Shown: positions 27,901 to 41,543 of the stretch, piece after piece
Position numbering within the stretch: position 1 is the stretch's first letter
Layout of the letters: the number at the start of each line of letters is the position of its first letter
NCBI GenBank assembly: GCA_951406725.2
Contig: OX597819.1
Span: 83,452,001 to 83,516,000, forward strand
Direction: 5' to 3'
DNA length: 64,000 nt
Source of the DNA: Octopus vulgaris
Taxonomy: Eukaryota
The notes under the pieces: model-generated
What the model saw: the letters and a program-made list of their open reading frames with translations, nothing else
Told to the model about the DNA's origin: nothing
Database searches by the model: none
Program-made: the position numbers and the translations under genes

Positions 27901-29049
27901 AGGCCTGAAATTTGCAGGTGGGTGGCTAGTCAATTACATCAACGCCAGTGCTCGAATGGTACTTATTTTATCAACCCTGATAATCATTCTAATTATAAAT
28001 GACAATAATAATGATTTCAAATTTTGGCACAAGACTAGCAATTACAAGTCAGAGGTTAAGTCAGCTTGATTCCATTGTATAACTGGTACTTATTTTATTG
28101 ATCCTGAAAGGATGAAAGGCAAAGTTGACCTTAGTGGAATTTGAACTCAGAATGTGAAGACAGGCAAAATGGAGCTAAGCATTTTGCCCAGCATGCTAAC
28201 AATTCTGCCAGCTCACCACCTTAGATAATAATAATAATAATCCTTTCTACTATAGGCACAATGCCTGAAATTTGGGGGAAGGGGATAGTCGATTACATCA
28301 ACCCCAGTACTCAACTGGTACTTGATTTATCGACCCCAAAAGGATGAAAGGCAAAGTCAACCTCAGTGGAATTTGAACTCCAAACATAATGACAGACAAA
28401 ATACCACTAAGTATTTCATCCAGTACACTAATGGTTCTGCTAGCTTGCTGCCTTAATAATACTAATAATAATAATAATCATAATCATAATATTGATAATA
28501 ATAATAAACCTTTTGTTTATTTTATCACCAGAGCCTGTACAACAATGTGTTACAAAAAAGGGGATTACAGAGACATCATCATCATTGTTTAATGTCCATT
28601 TTCCATGCTGGCATGGGTTGGACAGTTTTACAGGAACTGGCTAGCTAGGGAGCTGTCCAGACTCCAAATTGTCTGTTGTGGCATGGTTTCTACAGCTGGA
28701 TGCCCTTCCTAACATCAGCCACTTTACAGAGTGTGTTAGGTGCTTTTTATGGGCATCCCACATAACCACACTCATGAGAATCTTCTTACTGAATTTCATT
28801 GGTGTATCCTTGACCTTTATCACCTTCTGCATTCATTTACTTGAAATGTTTAGTCCTCAAAATGTCCTCAAGCAATTCCTTTTCAGAAGACAACTAATTC
28901 TCTCTCTTGCAAGCATCATGTATCAGTTTGGCATTTACTATACAAAATCACTGTAAACTTCATGCTTTTCTAGGGAAAAGGCTCATCTACACACATGCAC
29001 ATTTTACATGCATTCCTTTAGAATATATTTTTTCTTTAGTAGTCTTTAT

Positions 29050-29750
29050 CCTTTTTCTTTTATTCTTTCTACTATTCTTAGCAATCTACTACTCCTGTTC
29101 ATTGTCCATCTCCTGTGTGGTTGTAAGATAATTGTGTAGTGCTACTTGTTATGGCTGGGAGAGATGTGTCTTTTTTATTGTTGGCTACTGGGACTGAGGA
29201 CAAGGCAATCTCTTCTATTTCCAAAATCTCAATTCAGTGATGCTTTGAGAAGAACAGTTTCTGTACGTTGATGTTGTTGATGTCTCTAATGTTCTTGCCT
29301 GTTTATTGAGTTCTTTCAAACAGAAAACACCCAAATGACTTTTACTGTTAAATGAGTTGCAGCTGACCTTTCTGCCTTACCTCACTAATCTCATTGCTTG
29401 TCTTTCCATAGCCATATTGAAGTGTTCGGAGGTCATTAAAACATTAGTATCTGTAATGACTCCTCCCAGCTACATGTCATTTCTAGTCACTTCAAAGCTC
29501 ACCACTTGCTTGTTCTGTACTACAAAGGTAACAGTGTGTAAAAAATTATTATTATCACCATTCTTCTCCACTCAGGTCCTCCTGTTGCATTGTCCTTTGT
29601 ATTGTTGTAAAAACTTATTGACAAGTGTATGTTACACCAGCTTGATTTGCTTTCTCACTCTCTCTTTAATTTTGAAAATCAGGTATTTAGTCACATAAGC
29701 CTTGTGTAATCAATACAGAAGATATGACTCCATATATAGGTGAGGTTTAT
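29050..29750 (+). mobile_element. Possible highly decayed Penelope-like RT remnant
   Basis: Frame-broken FLYVDV (cf. RYVDD) near 29259, then HPN..FTV...LPYL..LI (cf. HP.IKFT.E...LPFLD) near 29328-29395, in the expected order and spacing. Confidence 0.35.
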
Positions 29751-32700
29751 CTCCAGCTGTCACTTTAAGACCATTAGTATAACCTTGTATTTTCATAGAT
29801 ACAGATATTGTGACCTTCGTCCTTGCTCACTCCGAGATAAATATCTCAGATACAGAGGCATTTTCTTTGATCTCATTTGTCTACCTTAATATTTTCTCTG
29901 CTAAGTTACACATTTATTTTCTTTTTATTGCTAGCAATGCTGGTAAAAGAATTGAAAGTTTCACCTGCGATGCTCAAAATAACATATTTTCTTTTTAAAT
30001 TGGCTTGTTTTCTTTGTTTTGAAAAAAAGGAAATGATTTTGCTTTTAAAGGCACAAGTGAAAGTTTTAGATATGTTTTAGTCTTGTTAGATCTCCTCAGC
30101 TCACTTGACAAGACTTAGAAATGATCAAAATATATATCATCATCCTCATTTAACGTCTGTTGTCCATGCTAGCATGGGTTGGATGGTTTGACCAGGGTTG
30201 GAAAGTTGGAAGGCTGCACCAGATTCCAGTCTGATTTGGTATGGTTTCTATGGCTGAATGCCCTTCCTAATGCCAATGACTCCGAGAGTGTAGTGGGTGC
30301 TTTTACATGCCATTGGCACAGATGTCATTTGAACGACACCATTATCTGCCATGACTATGATTTTACTTGGCTTGATGGGTCTTCTTCGCAAGCACAGCAT
30401 AATGCCTAAGGTCTCAATCATTCATCATTGCCTCCATGAGGCCCATGACTTGAAAGGTGCTTCTCACATGCCACCGGTATCAGCCACCTTGCTTTTGTGA
30501 GGCCCAACGTTCAAAAGGTGCTTTTTATGTACCACCAACACAGGTGCCAGTTACGTGACACCAGCATTTGCCATGACCACAGTTTCACTCGGTTTAATAG
30601 GACTTCTCAAGCACAACATATTCCCAAAGTTCTCAGTCACTAGTCATTGCTTCCACAAGACCCAAAGTTCAAAGATCCTGCTTCACCACCTCATCCCAGG
30701 TCTTCTTGGGTCTACCTTTACCACATTAACCCATATATGCTCATAAAAAATGAAGTCTTAAAATTTCACTGTATTTAGATTAAATGTTATGGTAAGCTTT
30801 CACAATCTGAAAGAGAAGGACAGTATGCAACTGTTAGCTATGGGTGTCGACTACCTACTGAATATTTCATATGCTCAGTCAAATGCTTCCTGGCAAGTTC
30901 ATGTCCAAACAAGTAGGAGCAGGTTTTGCATTGCGAAAATGCAACCGTGGGTGTATATGTGTTAAATGCACCCAGCACACTCCGTTAAGTGGTTGGTGTT
31001 AGGAAGGTCATCCAGCCCAAATAGAAATCCAATCCAAATAGAAACCCTGCTTCAACAGACAGCTGATGTCTGGACAGCTTTTTGCTAGCCAGCTCCATGT
31101 CAAACTGTCTAACCCATGCCAGCATGGAAAGCGGACATGAAACGATGATGATGATATAAAGAGTTGGGGAAATGTAATGATACTGATTATGTATATCAAC
31201 ATGAATGAAAATGATGGACTGAGGGAAAATATCTTAGAGAAGCATTCTGCATAATAAATACAAATAAACATTGTATGGTTTTGTATGTGTATTATAGAGT
31301 GTTGTGAAAATTTTCAATTAACCGAGATGATTCATGCAATTAGTTGACAAAACTCTCTAGGGATGCTTAAAATCTAAAAATAGCAATCACTAACTTCAGT
31401 AATACCAGCAGTTTTTTGCTGAAGAAAAGACATACAGACCCTTTGGAAGCTATCTCATTTCATCTATGCTACCACATAACAATTAATATACAATATTAAA
31501 TAATAAAACAATTGTTAATTATAATATCCCATAGAAGGAATAGCTTAAATCTCTTCTTTGATATTTACAAATAATATTAAAAGACTTATTGAAGGCTACA
31601 ATACAATTTCCTGCTATTTGTGATAGCCATCTTATTGAATCCCTTTGGGATAAAATTATCAGTTGCATAAATTTGGTCTATAATCAATATCTTTGCAATA
31701 TCAGATCCATTCTTTGCTTCACTGCTGAACATGGAAAATAACATGAAGAACAGTTATTTGTTACAGGCATCATATGTTGACCAACAAGTGTCCCTACACT
31801 ATTGTTGAAAGGTCTTGATTACATTTAAACATACATCCTGTTCCATAGCAACACTCCTGTGATGTCAATAGGAAAAGAAGAGAAAAAAAAACCATCAGAA
31901 ATATTGAATTATTCTGCAAGCTAGACAGAATGGCATCATTTGTGAGTCATTCCTAGCTAGACACAGTTGCTGGTTAGTATTCAATATAAAGCAGCAACCA
32001 TCATAATTAAGAATTGCCTTCAGTCAATTAATAGTTTCTTTATAAATGAATAAATAAATAAATAAATAAGAGACAAACAAGCTGTGTGTCTGTTGTTAGT
32101 ATTTTCACCAGCATTAATTAAATAAAAAGAAGTGAAGGGTAGGATGTTTAGTTTGACATAGCTCAGTTTCCCTAAAACAGATAACAGAATATCTGGAGAA
32201 GTTACCAGCAATACCCTTGTATCTTAACCTTAGAGAGATTAGTCTCACATCTTCTTAAAGTTACTGAATCAAAAGTTAAGTAACTGCCCTAATTCTGTTA
32301 ACTTATGCCTGGTATCATGATACATGTGCCATATATATTCTGTTAATTCCAGTATTGTAAGGAATTGGGCCAATATTGTCTTTCAAAACTAATGATATCT
32401 GGGATTGCTATTCTTCTCAGTAATACTATTGGCAGTGTTAAATCATAAGCAGTATGAAGAAGATATGTTCAGGATTCTCAACTATATTTCTTTAATTGAA
32501 GAAACCTAGGATACACCATTTTCAGTGAATGAAATCAACCCCAGTGTTTATTTGTATCTCACAACTGTGTAGATAACATCATTGATTATAGACTTCCAGT
32601 GGATTAATCACTGGTTCACTATATTTTTGATGGTGAATGTCACAAGGGAGTATTTTTAAACTGTGCAGGAAAAATACTACAAAGAATGTCATTCAAAAAG

Positions 32701-34301
32701 CACCAGTTTTGTTTTTTATTTTCTTTGTGATATTTAGATCCTTTGCTTACATTAATTGGGGTAAGATATGCACGTGTGTACACACACACACACACACACA
32801 CACATTATGGCATCATTTTATGTTTGCTTTCTATACTAGCATGGATTGAACACATCATCACATTCCAAGTCAGTTCTTATTCAGTGTTACTGCCCTCCTC
32901 AATTGGTTTAGAGCAGGGATGTCAAAATTGTTTGGCTCTGTAGGTTGGATTGAGGCATAAATTAGATGTCATAGGCCAGACAGAGACAATTATTCCTAAA
33001 AGCCCTATTCATAATGTAGGCCATAATAAATGGATATAGGAATCAATAATACAGTACAATGACTTTATTAATAATAAAGGGGAGATAGAATATGAGTTTG
33101 TGTGTAGAGATGTATGACATATGGGTAGAACTTATTCACATCATACATACATGCGAGTCCAAAGACTACATCATACTCCAGTGTCTACTTTACCATGTTT
33201 TTTTTTATAGCTGGATCATTATCATCATCGTTTAACGTCCGTTTTCCATTCACCAGGCTCCAGTCTGATCTGGTAGTGTTTCTACAGTTTGATGCCCTTC
33301 CTAACGCCAACCACTCCGTGCGTGTAGTGGGTGCCTTTTATGTGCCACCGGCACAGGGGCCAGAGGAGGCTGACAAATGGCCACGATCGGTTGGTGCTTT
33401 TACATGTCACCGACACGGACGCCAGTCAGGCGGCACTGGCATCTGCCACATTCGGATGGTGCTTTTAACATGTCACCGATACTGGTATCTTAACTACAAT
33501 TTCCATTTGATTTTCATGTTGATGTTGGTGTTGACGTACTTGACTCAGTAGGTCTCCTCAAGAACAGCAGGGTGTTCTTCATAATGCCAACCACATTACA
33601 GTACGTAATTAGTGCATTTTTCATACCACCAGCACTAGTGAGGATACCATGCAGCTGACAAGACTACAAACAATGAGGTATTGGAGTTAGCTTTATTCTA
33701 AGAGATGAAGAGAATAGAGATGTAGGAAGAGTAGAATTTTGTAGAGGAACTACATGGATACTCACCACCAGTGAGGTTGATTTGTACATCTTGTCTTGAG
33801 AGTCTCTATTTCCCTACAATGTCTGTACATTCCAGGCAGCTGATTAAGCTTGTGAGTACAAGAGAGAACTAAGACAAAAGGATGCAGATAAGCATTGAGA
33901 ATGACTGAAGAATGGCAGCAATGGGACATATCCAATGCTATCTGACAGACATCTTAATCTTGGAGAGAGGTAGAGTCGAGAGGATATAGGTGACAGTGCG
34001 ATGGATAGTAGAAAAAGTGAAAAATATCAGAGGTGAGAGAGCCAGATTAGATCCGATGTCATTCCTGTTACATGAGCTGCATGGTGCAGAAGATGGTAGA
34101 GATTCATTGTCATATTGTCAGTATTGTAGTGAATAGGAATGAGGAAGAGTGAAGAGAACCTGTGTGAAAAAGAGATCGGATTGAGAGAAATGGTGGACAT
34201 AAAGTGTTAAAGAGGTGATAAGGCAGCAGATGGGGTGGGAGGTTTAACTGGGACTTGTTAGGTAATAAACCCCAATGTTCGTGTGTGTGTGCATATGCAT
34301 A

Positions 34302-34692
34302 GGCGTAGGAGTGGCTATGTAGTAAGTAGCTTGCTTACAAACCACATTGTTCCGGTTTCAGTCCCACTGTGTGGCACCTTGGGCAAGGGTCTTCTACTAT
34401 AGCCTCAGGCTGACCAAAGCCTTGTGAGTGGATTTGGTAGAGGGAAACTGAAAGAAGCCTGTTGTATATATGTATATATATATGTATGTGTGTGTATGTT
34501 TGTGTTTGTCCCCCCAACATCGCTTGACAACCAATGCTGGTGTATTTACATTTCCGTAACTTAGCGGTTCAGCGAAAGAGAGCAATAGAATAAGTACTAG
34601 GCTTACAAAGGATAAGTCCTGGGGTCGATTTGCTCGACTAAAGGCAGTGCTCCAGCATGGCCACAGTCAAATGACTTGAACAAGTAAAAGAG
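34302..34692 (+). mobile_element. SINE family A, full length
   Basis: Colinear with 12171-12596. Confidence 0.9.
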
Positions 34693-35382
34693 TATACACA
34701 TATACATGCACACACACACTTGAAAAGCAGATGTTAAACAATAATAATGATAATGATCAGTCTTCCTTGAAAAACATATCTGACTATGGGGAAATGTTAC
34801 CTTGTTTCTTCTTTGAAAAGAGGTCATGGTTGGCAACAGGAAAGGCATCCAGCTGTGAGAGATTTTCCTCAACAAATTCCCTGTGACCTATGCAAGTGTA
34901 TAAAAGTAAATATTAAATGGTGATGACAAAAACTTGTATGTGTGTGAGTGAGAAATATAAAAAAAAAAAAAACAGTATATACATATGTACACATTGTTGG
35001 GTGACCATTGACTATACACAAGTACCTCTGCCTTTTGACAGGTTTTATTTTTCACTGCACAGGGTGTCCGACAACCACCCTCCACACCAAGCAACCTCAG
35101 TAGGATTGCCAATTTAGTCACCAACAGTTCAACCATGCAACAGGTTATACTGGATTACGTGTTACCAGTAAGCGTTCATGAGTGACCTAATATTAACAAG
35201 CTAAGGGAGAAATGCAGTTGCAAATATACCACCTGCACTGACCTATAATCCCCATATTTTGCAAATCGTTGGTGGGACCAAAATGTCACGTTTGACATAA
35301 AGCATTATGACTGACAAAGAAAGTATAGGTTGTCAGAACCTTATGCATCAAAAGCAACGGGAGAGTTCATCATACATGTGTA

Positions 35383-35419
<37 letters not shown>

Positions 35420-36029
35420 ATATATTTTAAGATGGTGCTCCAGCATTGCTGCAGTTAAATGACTAAAACAAGTAAAAGAATTTTTTAAAATATGTGTTTG
35501 TGTGTGTGTTTGTACACACATGTATATAGTGGGCAGGTTACTATGATATTAGTTTGCTAGCTTATAGGTAACTAGTTCAAATTCATTACCAATGTTCTGT
35601 TGAGTCTGTGAACTATACACTTAATTTTATATTATTACCTCATTTCACCAGTTTTTTTTTTAAACATTATCTATGATGTATTAATACCCCTATCTAAGGA
35701 AATATTCATCACACATCTGCTTAACAATAAACAGCCTTATCACAAACTTATCACAAGCTCAAGGGCTTGCTGCAGTGTGTGACATCATTAATATTTTTGT
35801 TCTTTAATTATATATCTGTTAGTAAAAGAATGTAGGGAATGGTTATTATTTTCGTTAAATGACACAAGCATCATTGTGTGGTTCAGAAGTTTGTTTCTCA
35901 ATCATGTGGTTTCAGGTTCAGTCCCACTGTGTGACACCTTGTGAACAGAATCTGAAAGAAGTTCATCATATATGTATAACACACACACACACACACGTAT
36001 GAGTATGTATGCATATATGTATGTTTATG

Positions 36030-36297
36030 AAGGTGGTTAGTGTATTCAGTTCCCAATTGTAAGGTCATGAGTTCAATTCCAGCAGTGCTTTGTGACCTTG
36101 AGCAGAACACTTCATTTAATGGTGCTCCTGTTCACTCAGCTGGAGAAATGAGTAGTACCTGTATTTTAAACAGCCAGCCTTTTCACATTCTGTGTCACAC
36201 TGAATCTCCCTAAAAACTATGTTAAGGGTACATGTGTCTGTGGAGTGCTCAGCCACTTGCACTGGAACCCTCATTGTCATAACTAATGGAGTGCCAG
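36030..36297 (+). mobile_element. SINE family C
   Basis: Colinear with 715-1042, including cacattctgtgtcacactgaatctcc and gtggagtgctcagccac. Confidence 0.85.
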
Positions 36298-36841
36298 TTT
36301 ATATATACATATGTATGTGTGCATGTTAAACATTTTCAGTATGCAAATTAGGGACTCCTTCATAGAATAACTACTGCATTTGTTGAGTATATAAACAGTT
36401 TGGCTGCTTGTTTCTCTGGAGACTGTCAGAATGATGTGGATGCCTCTGCTGAGAACCCATTAAGTTTGTTCATCATTTTTTTCAGTCTGCATAGAAATGG
36501 CTAAAATTTGCCCTGTTTATAATTATACCATACGTTATAAATATCTATGTGTATGTATTTATGTGTGTCTTAGTGTTACCTTGTCTTAATGTCATTGGAT
36601 ACTTGTAAGCTAGCATCATCATCATTTGAGTAGAGTCCCTCGTTACCAATATGTCAGACAGAATTTCTCCGTCCCATGTTTCCAAGCAAGGTAATGTTTT
36701 CCTGTAGCCAGACATGGTGCATTGAAAAAATGTATGTTAAAATGCTGATGATGGTGATCTGAAATATCAAACTTAAAATCCATAACAAGGGGGTGCAGAA
36801 AGTTCCTGGCTTGAAGAATATTGCAAAAGGCCTGGTTGCAG

Positions 36842-37506
36842 AAGACACTTGCCTAAAGTGCCACGCAGTCGGACTGAACCCAGAACCATGTGGTTGGTAA
36901 GCAAGCTACTTACCACACAGCCACTTCTATGTCTGGCTTCTGTCAGTTTCCATCTACCAAATCCACTCACAAGGCTTTGGTCAGCCCTAGGCTATAGTAG
37001 AAGACACTTACTCAAGGTGCCATGTTGTGGGACTGAACCTAGCACCATGTGGTTAGGAAGCAAGCTTCTTACCACACAGCCATGCCTGCTATTGTTTACA
37101 AAAGTTTTACTTGGTTAATTTATTTTTTGTATGCTAAGTTATTTGGTTATATGACGAGAACTGTGGGTTGTATGGAAAGCAAAATCAGTTACATAGAAAA
37201 TGAAATCCTAGAGAAATATATTCACACTGATAAGTAACTTAGCAACAGATTTTCCTTCAAATATTATTGGTTGCTATAATACTTAGTAATACAAAATGCA
37301 TTCAGATATCGGCAATGTTTGTATTTTCTTCTTTTGCTAGATTTACTCCTTGAACTGCATTGAAGGGTTTGATCAATTTATATATCAACCCCTGGACTAC
37401 TTTTGGTCTGGCAGTTGCTTCTTTTATCAGGATCTATTTGTTGAAGTGCTAATTTATATGATATAAAAGACACAACATAAAAAACACAGACTTGAATACA
37501 AACATG

Positions 37507-37575
<69 letters not shown>

Positions 37576-38832
37576 ATATATGTATGTGTTTGACACAAAA
37601 AATTGCATGAATAAAGAGTAAACTGCAAACTTTGATAAACATTACTCTGAACTTCATGTTTCTAATCTCTAAACAAAGATTCAAAATGTTAAACCTGGGT
37701 TATCAAATAATGAAGTTTCAAGCTTAATATGTGATCATCATCATCATTATCATGTTTTTTAACATACACTTTTCCATGAGGCAGATTTTCTATGGCTGGA
37801 TGTTCTTCTTGTCATTAACCTTCACCTGTGTCTAAGAAAGGTTACATTCCTTCTTGTCTTCAAATACAAACAGCATAATGACTGAGCATGTTTTCATCAA
37901 AGGTTGCAAAGCAAACGACACCACTTCTGATGGTGATGCATGCTTACAACTAGTACATGATATCAAGACAAGGAGACATGAACATACACACATACTATAT
38001 GTGTGTGTATATATATATATTCTTTTATTTTTTTTTTACTTTTCAGCCCTAAGGCAGTGGCTATGCTGGGGTGCCACCAGTGATATATATATATATATAT
38101 CATCATTATCATTTAACATTTGTTGTCCATGCTGACATGGGTTGAATGGTTTGACCAGGGCTGGATGCCCTTCTTAACACTAACTATTCTGAGAGTGTAA
38201 TGGGTGCTTTTACATGCCACCAGCATGGGTGCCAGTTGCATGACTCAAGCATCTGCTACAACTACGATTTCACTTGACTTGATGGTTCTTCTACTCAAGC
38301 ACAGCATATTGCCAAAGGTCTCACTTATTTTTCATTGTCTCTGTGAAACTCAATGCTGAAAAGGTTCTAATTACATGACACCACCATCAGCTAGATTACC
38401 TCCATTCACAGGTTGATTCAGGGCTATAATAGCAGACATTTGCCTGAAGTATCATATTGAAAGATTGAAGTAAAAACCTCAAGAATGCAAAGAAAACTCC
38501 TAAACACACAACCATACCTATGCTGTAGCCTTGCCTACACCTGTCATATCTACTCACAAGATATTGCTCAAACCAAAACTATAGTACAGTGTTGAACAGT
38601 AGAAGTGAATCCAAAGCCATTTGGTTTCAAAGTAAATTCAGTCCCACAACATGGCACCTTGAGTAAGTGTCTTCTACTATAGCCTAGGGCTGACCAAAGC
38701 CTTGTGAGTGGATTTGGTAGATGGAAACTGACAGAAGCCAGACATAGAAGTGGCTGTGTGGTAAGTAGCTTGCTTACCAACCACATGGTTCTGGGTTCAG
38801 TCCGACTGCATGGCACTTTAGGCAAGTGTCTT
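36842..38832. repeat. 196-bp near-perfect inverted repeat (36842-37037 / 38637-38832)
   Basis: Base-by-base comparison by eye shows one mismatch (ccacg vs ccatg). Confidence 0.9.
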
Positions 38833-39485
38833 TATTTTCATTGATTAATTTTAAAATTAATATTAGGTCAAATATTTCTTTTGTTTGTATATTGTAGTAG
38901 GTGCTGATGCATTTTCAATATAGCCTTAAGTTATTTTAAGACTATATTCTTTATGAATATAGCCTTGAGATAACTTAAGGTTATATTCATAGCCCTAAGT
39001 TAACTTAAGGCTATATATAATATTTTTATTAGTGGTGGACGATAATCAATTTTAATGATCTGTGTAAATTAATGGTGTTTATTTTGTTGAAATTTTAACA
39101 CAGAACATAGCAGGATAAATACTGTAAGGTATTTTATTTAATTCAATGTTCTATACTTTCTGTCATCTCACTCCACCTTTCTTCAGCTCATTAATATAGA
39201 TTGCTCTCAATGACGGAAAGCAACAAGTGTGTAATGTAAGAGTATAGTTGACTAAATTTGCCTTCAGAAATGTTCCAGAAGTATCGAAGATGTAAATTAA
39301 GTATCTGTACTATACTAGTGTAGATCCATTTGACTATCCTTTCTCTAAATATGTATGGTCTTGTGCCAATGTATGAAGTCAGTATTATTTGATATTTCTC
39401 AGTTAAAGAGAGGAGTATCTACATGAACAAGGAATATAGAAAAATTCGTTTTGGTTATTTTCATAATATCACAAGGGCAATGGGT

Positions 39486-39883
39486 TACTCTTTTATTTGT
39501 TTCAGTCATTTGACTGTGTCCATGCTGGAGCACTGCCTTTAGTCGAGCAAATCGACTCCAGGACTTATTCTTAGTAAGCCTAGTACTTATTCTATCAGTC
39601 TCTTTTGCTGAACCACTAAGTTACAGGGACATAAACACACCAGCATCAGTTGTCAAGCAATGCTGGGGGGACAAACACAGATACACAAACATATACACAC
39701 ACATACATATATATATATATGTATACATATGTACGACAGGCTTCTTTCAGTTTCTGTCTACCAAATCCACTCACAAGGCTTCTGTTGGCCCGGGGCTATA
39801 GTAGAAGGTGCCATGCAGTGGGACTGAACCCAGAACCATGTGGTTGGTAAGCAAGCTACTTACTACACAGCCACTCCTGCGTC
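39486..39883 (-). mobile_element. SINE family A, full length
   Basis: Reverse complement is colinear with 12171-12596. Confidence 0.9.
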
Positions 39884-41543
39884 TATTCACCTCCTTTGCA
39901 TATTATTGGACATTGTTTTCTTTATTTGTGCTAGTAGTTTACATATTTTATACTACCAGTACCCACAGAAAATTAACCAGCACACAGACAATTAAGTACA
40001 TGTTTTTAAAAGGAATGAACTACTTATATCTCATGGAGATAACTGGCTAAATTTGTAGTTCTGCAAAGATTGGAAACAGTATGCATTTGCTTTGCCTCCA
40101 TAAGCTACACTAAATAATTATTTTTGCTGATATTATAATGTAACTAAACAGTAGGATGCTAGATTGAAATACCTCACAATATATGGTTTACTCTTGATAG
40201 TCTAGATAGTCTCTCTCTCTTTCTCCATATTATTCACTGTAAAACCTGCTGAATAAGACTCTGACATCTCTCCCATGTCGATAAATTAAAAACCAGTCAT
40301 TTTTCAAAAAGGGGATAATTCAATCAATTCTATCCCCTCCAATATACATTTGTGGCCTTGTGCCAATCTGAAGAATCAATATGTTCAGGTGTACATGCAC
40401 TTAACAGTTCAGTACAGAAATTAATTTTCATTGCTAGGAAAAATTTGCGCTTCAACAATTTGGCATAATATCACTGAAGGTATTAGAGGAAATGTTGTTT
40501 ATAGGAACAAAATTTGTTTTAGCATTGTTGTTATGTTTACTGTTGTTAACCATTCAGTCATTATATAGAAATAGGGCATCCTCTGTAAGTGACAATATTG
40601 AGAATGCAGGCTTCCTTTGTCTCTTGCATTTTCAGTATGATCTCTTACCGCCTTATTTTCCACTTAATGCCCCTCTCACCTTCACTTTTCACCTGTACAT
40701 GACATTCTGCCAATGGCAGACCTCCTCCCCCGCATCACCACCTGTATTTGTCTCCCACTGTTTCTGTCCCTGTACACCTCTGGCCTCATCCTGGCACTGT
40801 GCATCTCTCACACACCACCCACACTTCATATCATCCCTGCTGCTTCCTTTTTTCTTCTCATCCCCCACCCCACAAAAAAAAACTGATATTCATATTACCC
40901 ACACTTTCACACATGTTCAGTATTCACTGCATTCCTAAGCCACATAGTCTTTCCTGAGTGAATGAATATATCATAGAGTAGCAAGGACTTTCTAATTTTA
41001 CAGTATATAAGGCAACAACACTAAGATTGGTGTAACTATAAATCCACCCAGGAGACTTTACACAATTGTTGGTAAGTGAGTGAAAAGTGAGGTTTGAGAA
41101 GATCCTTTAGTCTTATTGAGGGCATGGTAACTTCTCCTTAGTGGTACTGTTACAATAAAATACTCCTAGTACATTTTACAAAGGTGGTGCTCCAGCATGG
41201 CTGCAGTCAAATGACTGAAACAAGTAAAAGAGAGTGTATATATATATATAATATATATATAAAGTACAAAATGGGACGAGCACGCAAAACATTCGGACAA
41301 CTAGGTGATACAAAATGGGACAACAAAACATCCAGATAGACAATACAAAGAAAACAAGGACGGGTCATTCGAAGTTTCCTATCTTCAGTCAAGAACCAGA
41401 TTATCCTCACAATTTTGGCTGATTATTCTTGAGATTGCTCCAATCTGGCCAGCCCCAAGGAAAAACTAGGCTGAGAGCATTAGATTCCTTGGAAGAAAGC
41501 ATCAAATGTAAACAAAAGCAAGGATGGAATACATATATATATA

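Larger units (their letters stand above)
25560..28460 (-). repeat. Cluster of family-B SINE copies joined by (ATA)n tracts
   Basis: The motif actggtacttattttatc..ccc..aaggatgaaaggcaaagt.gacct recurs at about 25650, 25880, 26750, 27960, 28085 and 28315. Confidence 0.85.

Noticed and set aside
32914-33000. hAT/Charlie-like left end cagggatgtcaaa
   Set aside because: No matching right TIR or TSD was found, so it is too fragmentary to call.
36773-37118. Recurrent ORFs such as MPKVPRSRTEPRTMWLVSKLLTTQP seen at several loci
   Set aside because: They are antisense translations of the SINE A head, not a gene family.
40492-40957. 148-aa hydrophobic ORF (similar cases at 12969-13334, 29357-29698 and 60124-60576)
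   Set aside because: There is no recognisable domain or splice structure, and the composition reflects T/C-rich decayed repeat sequence.
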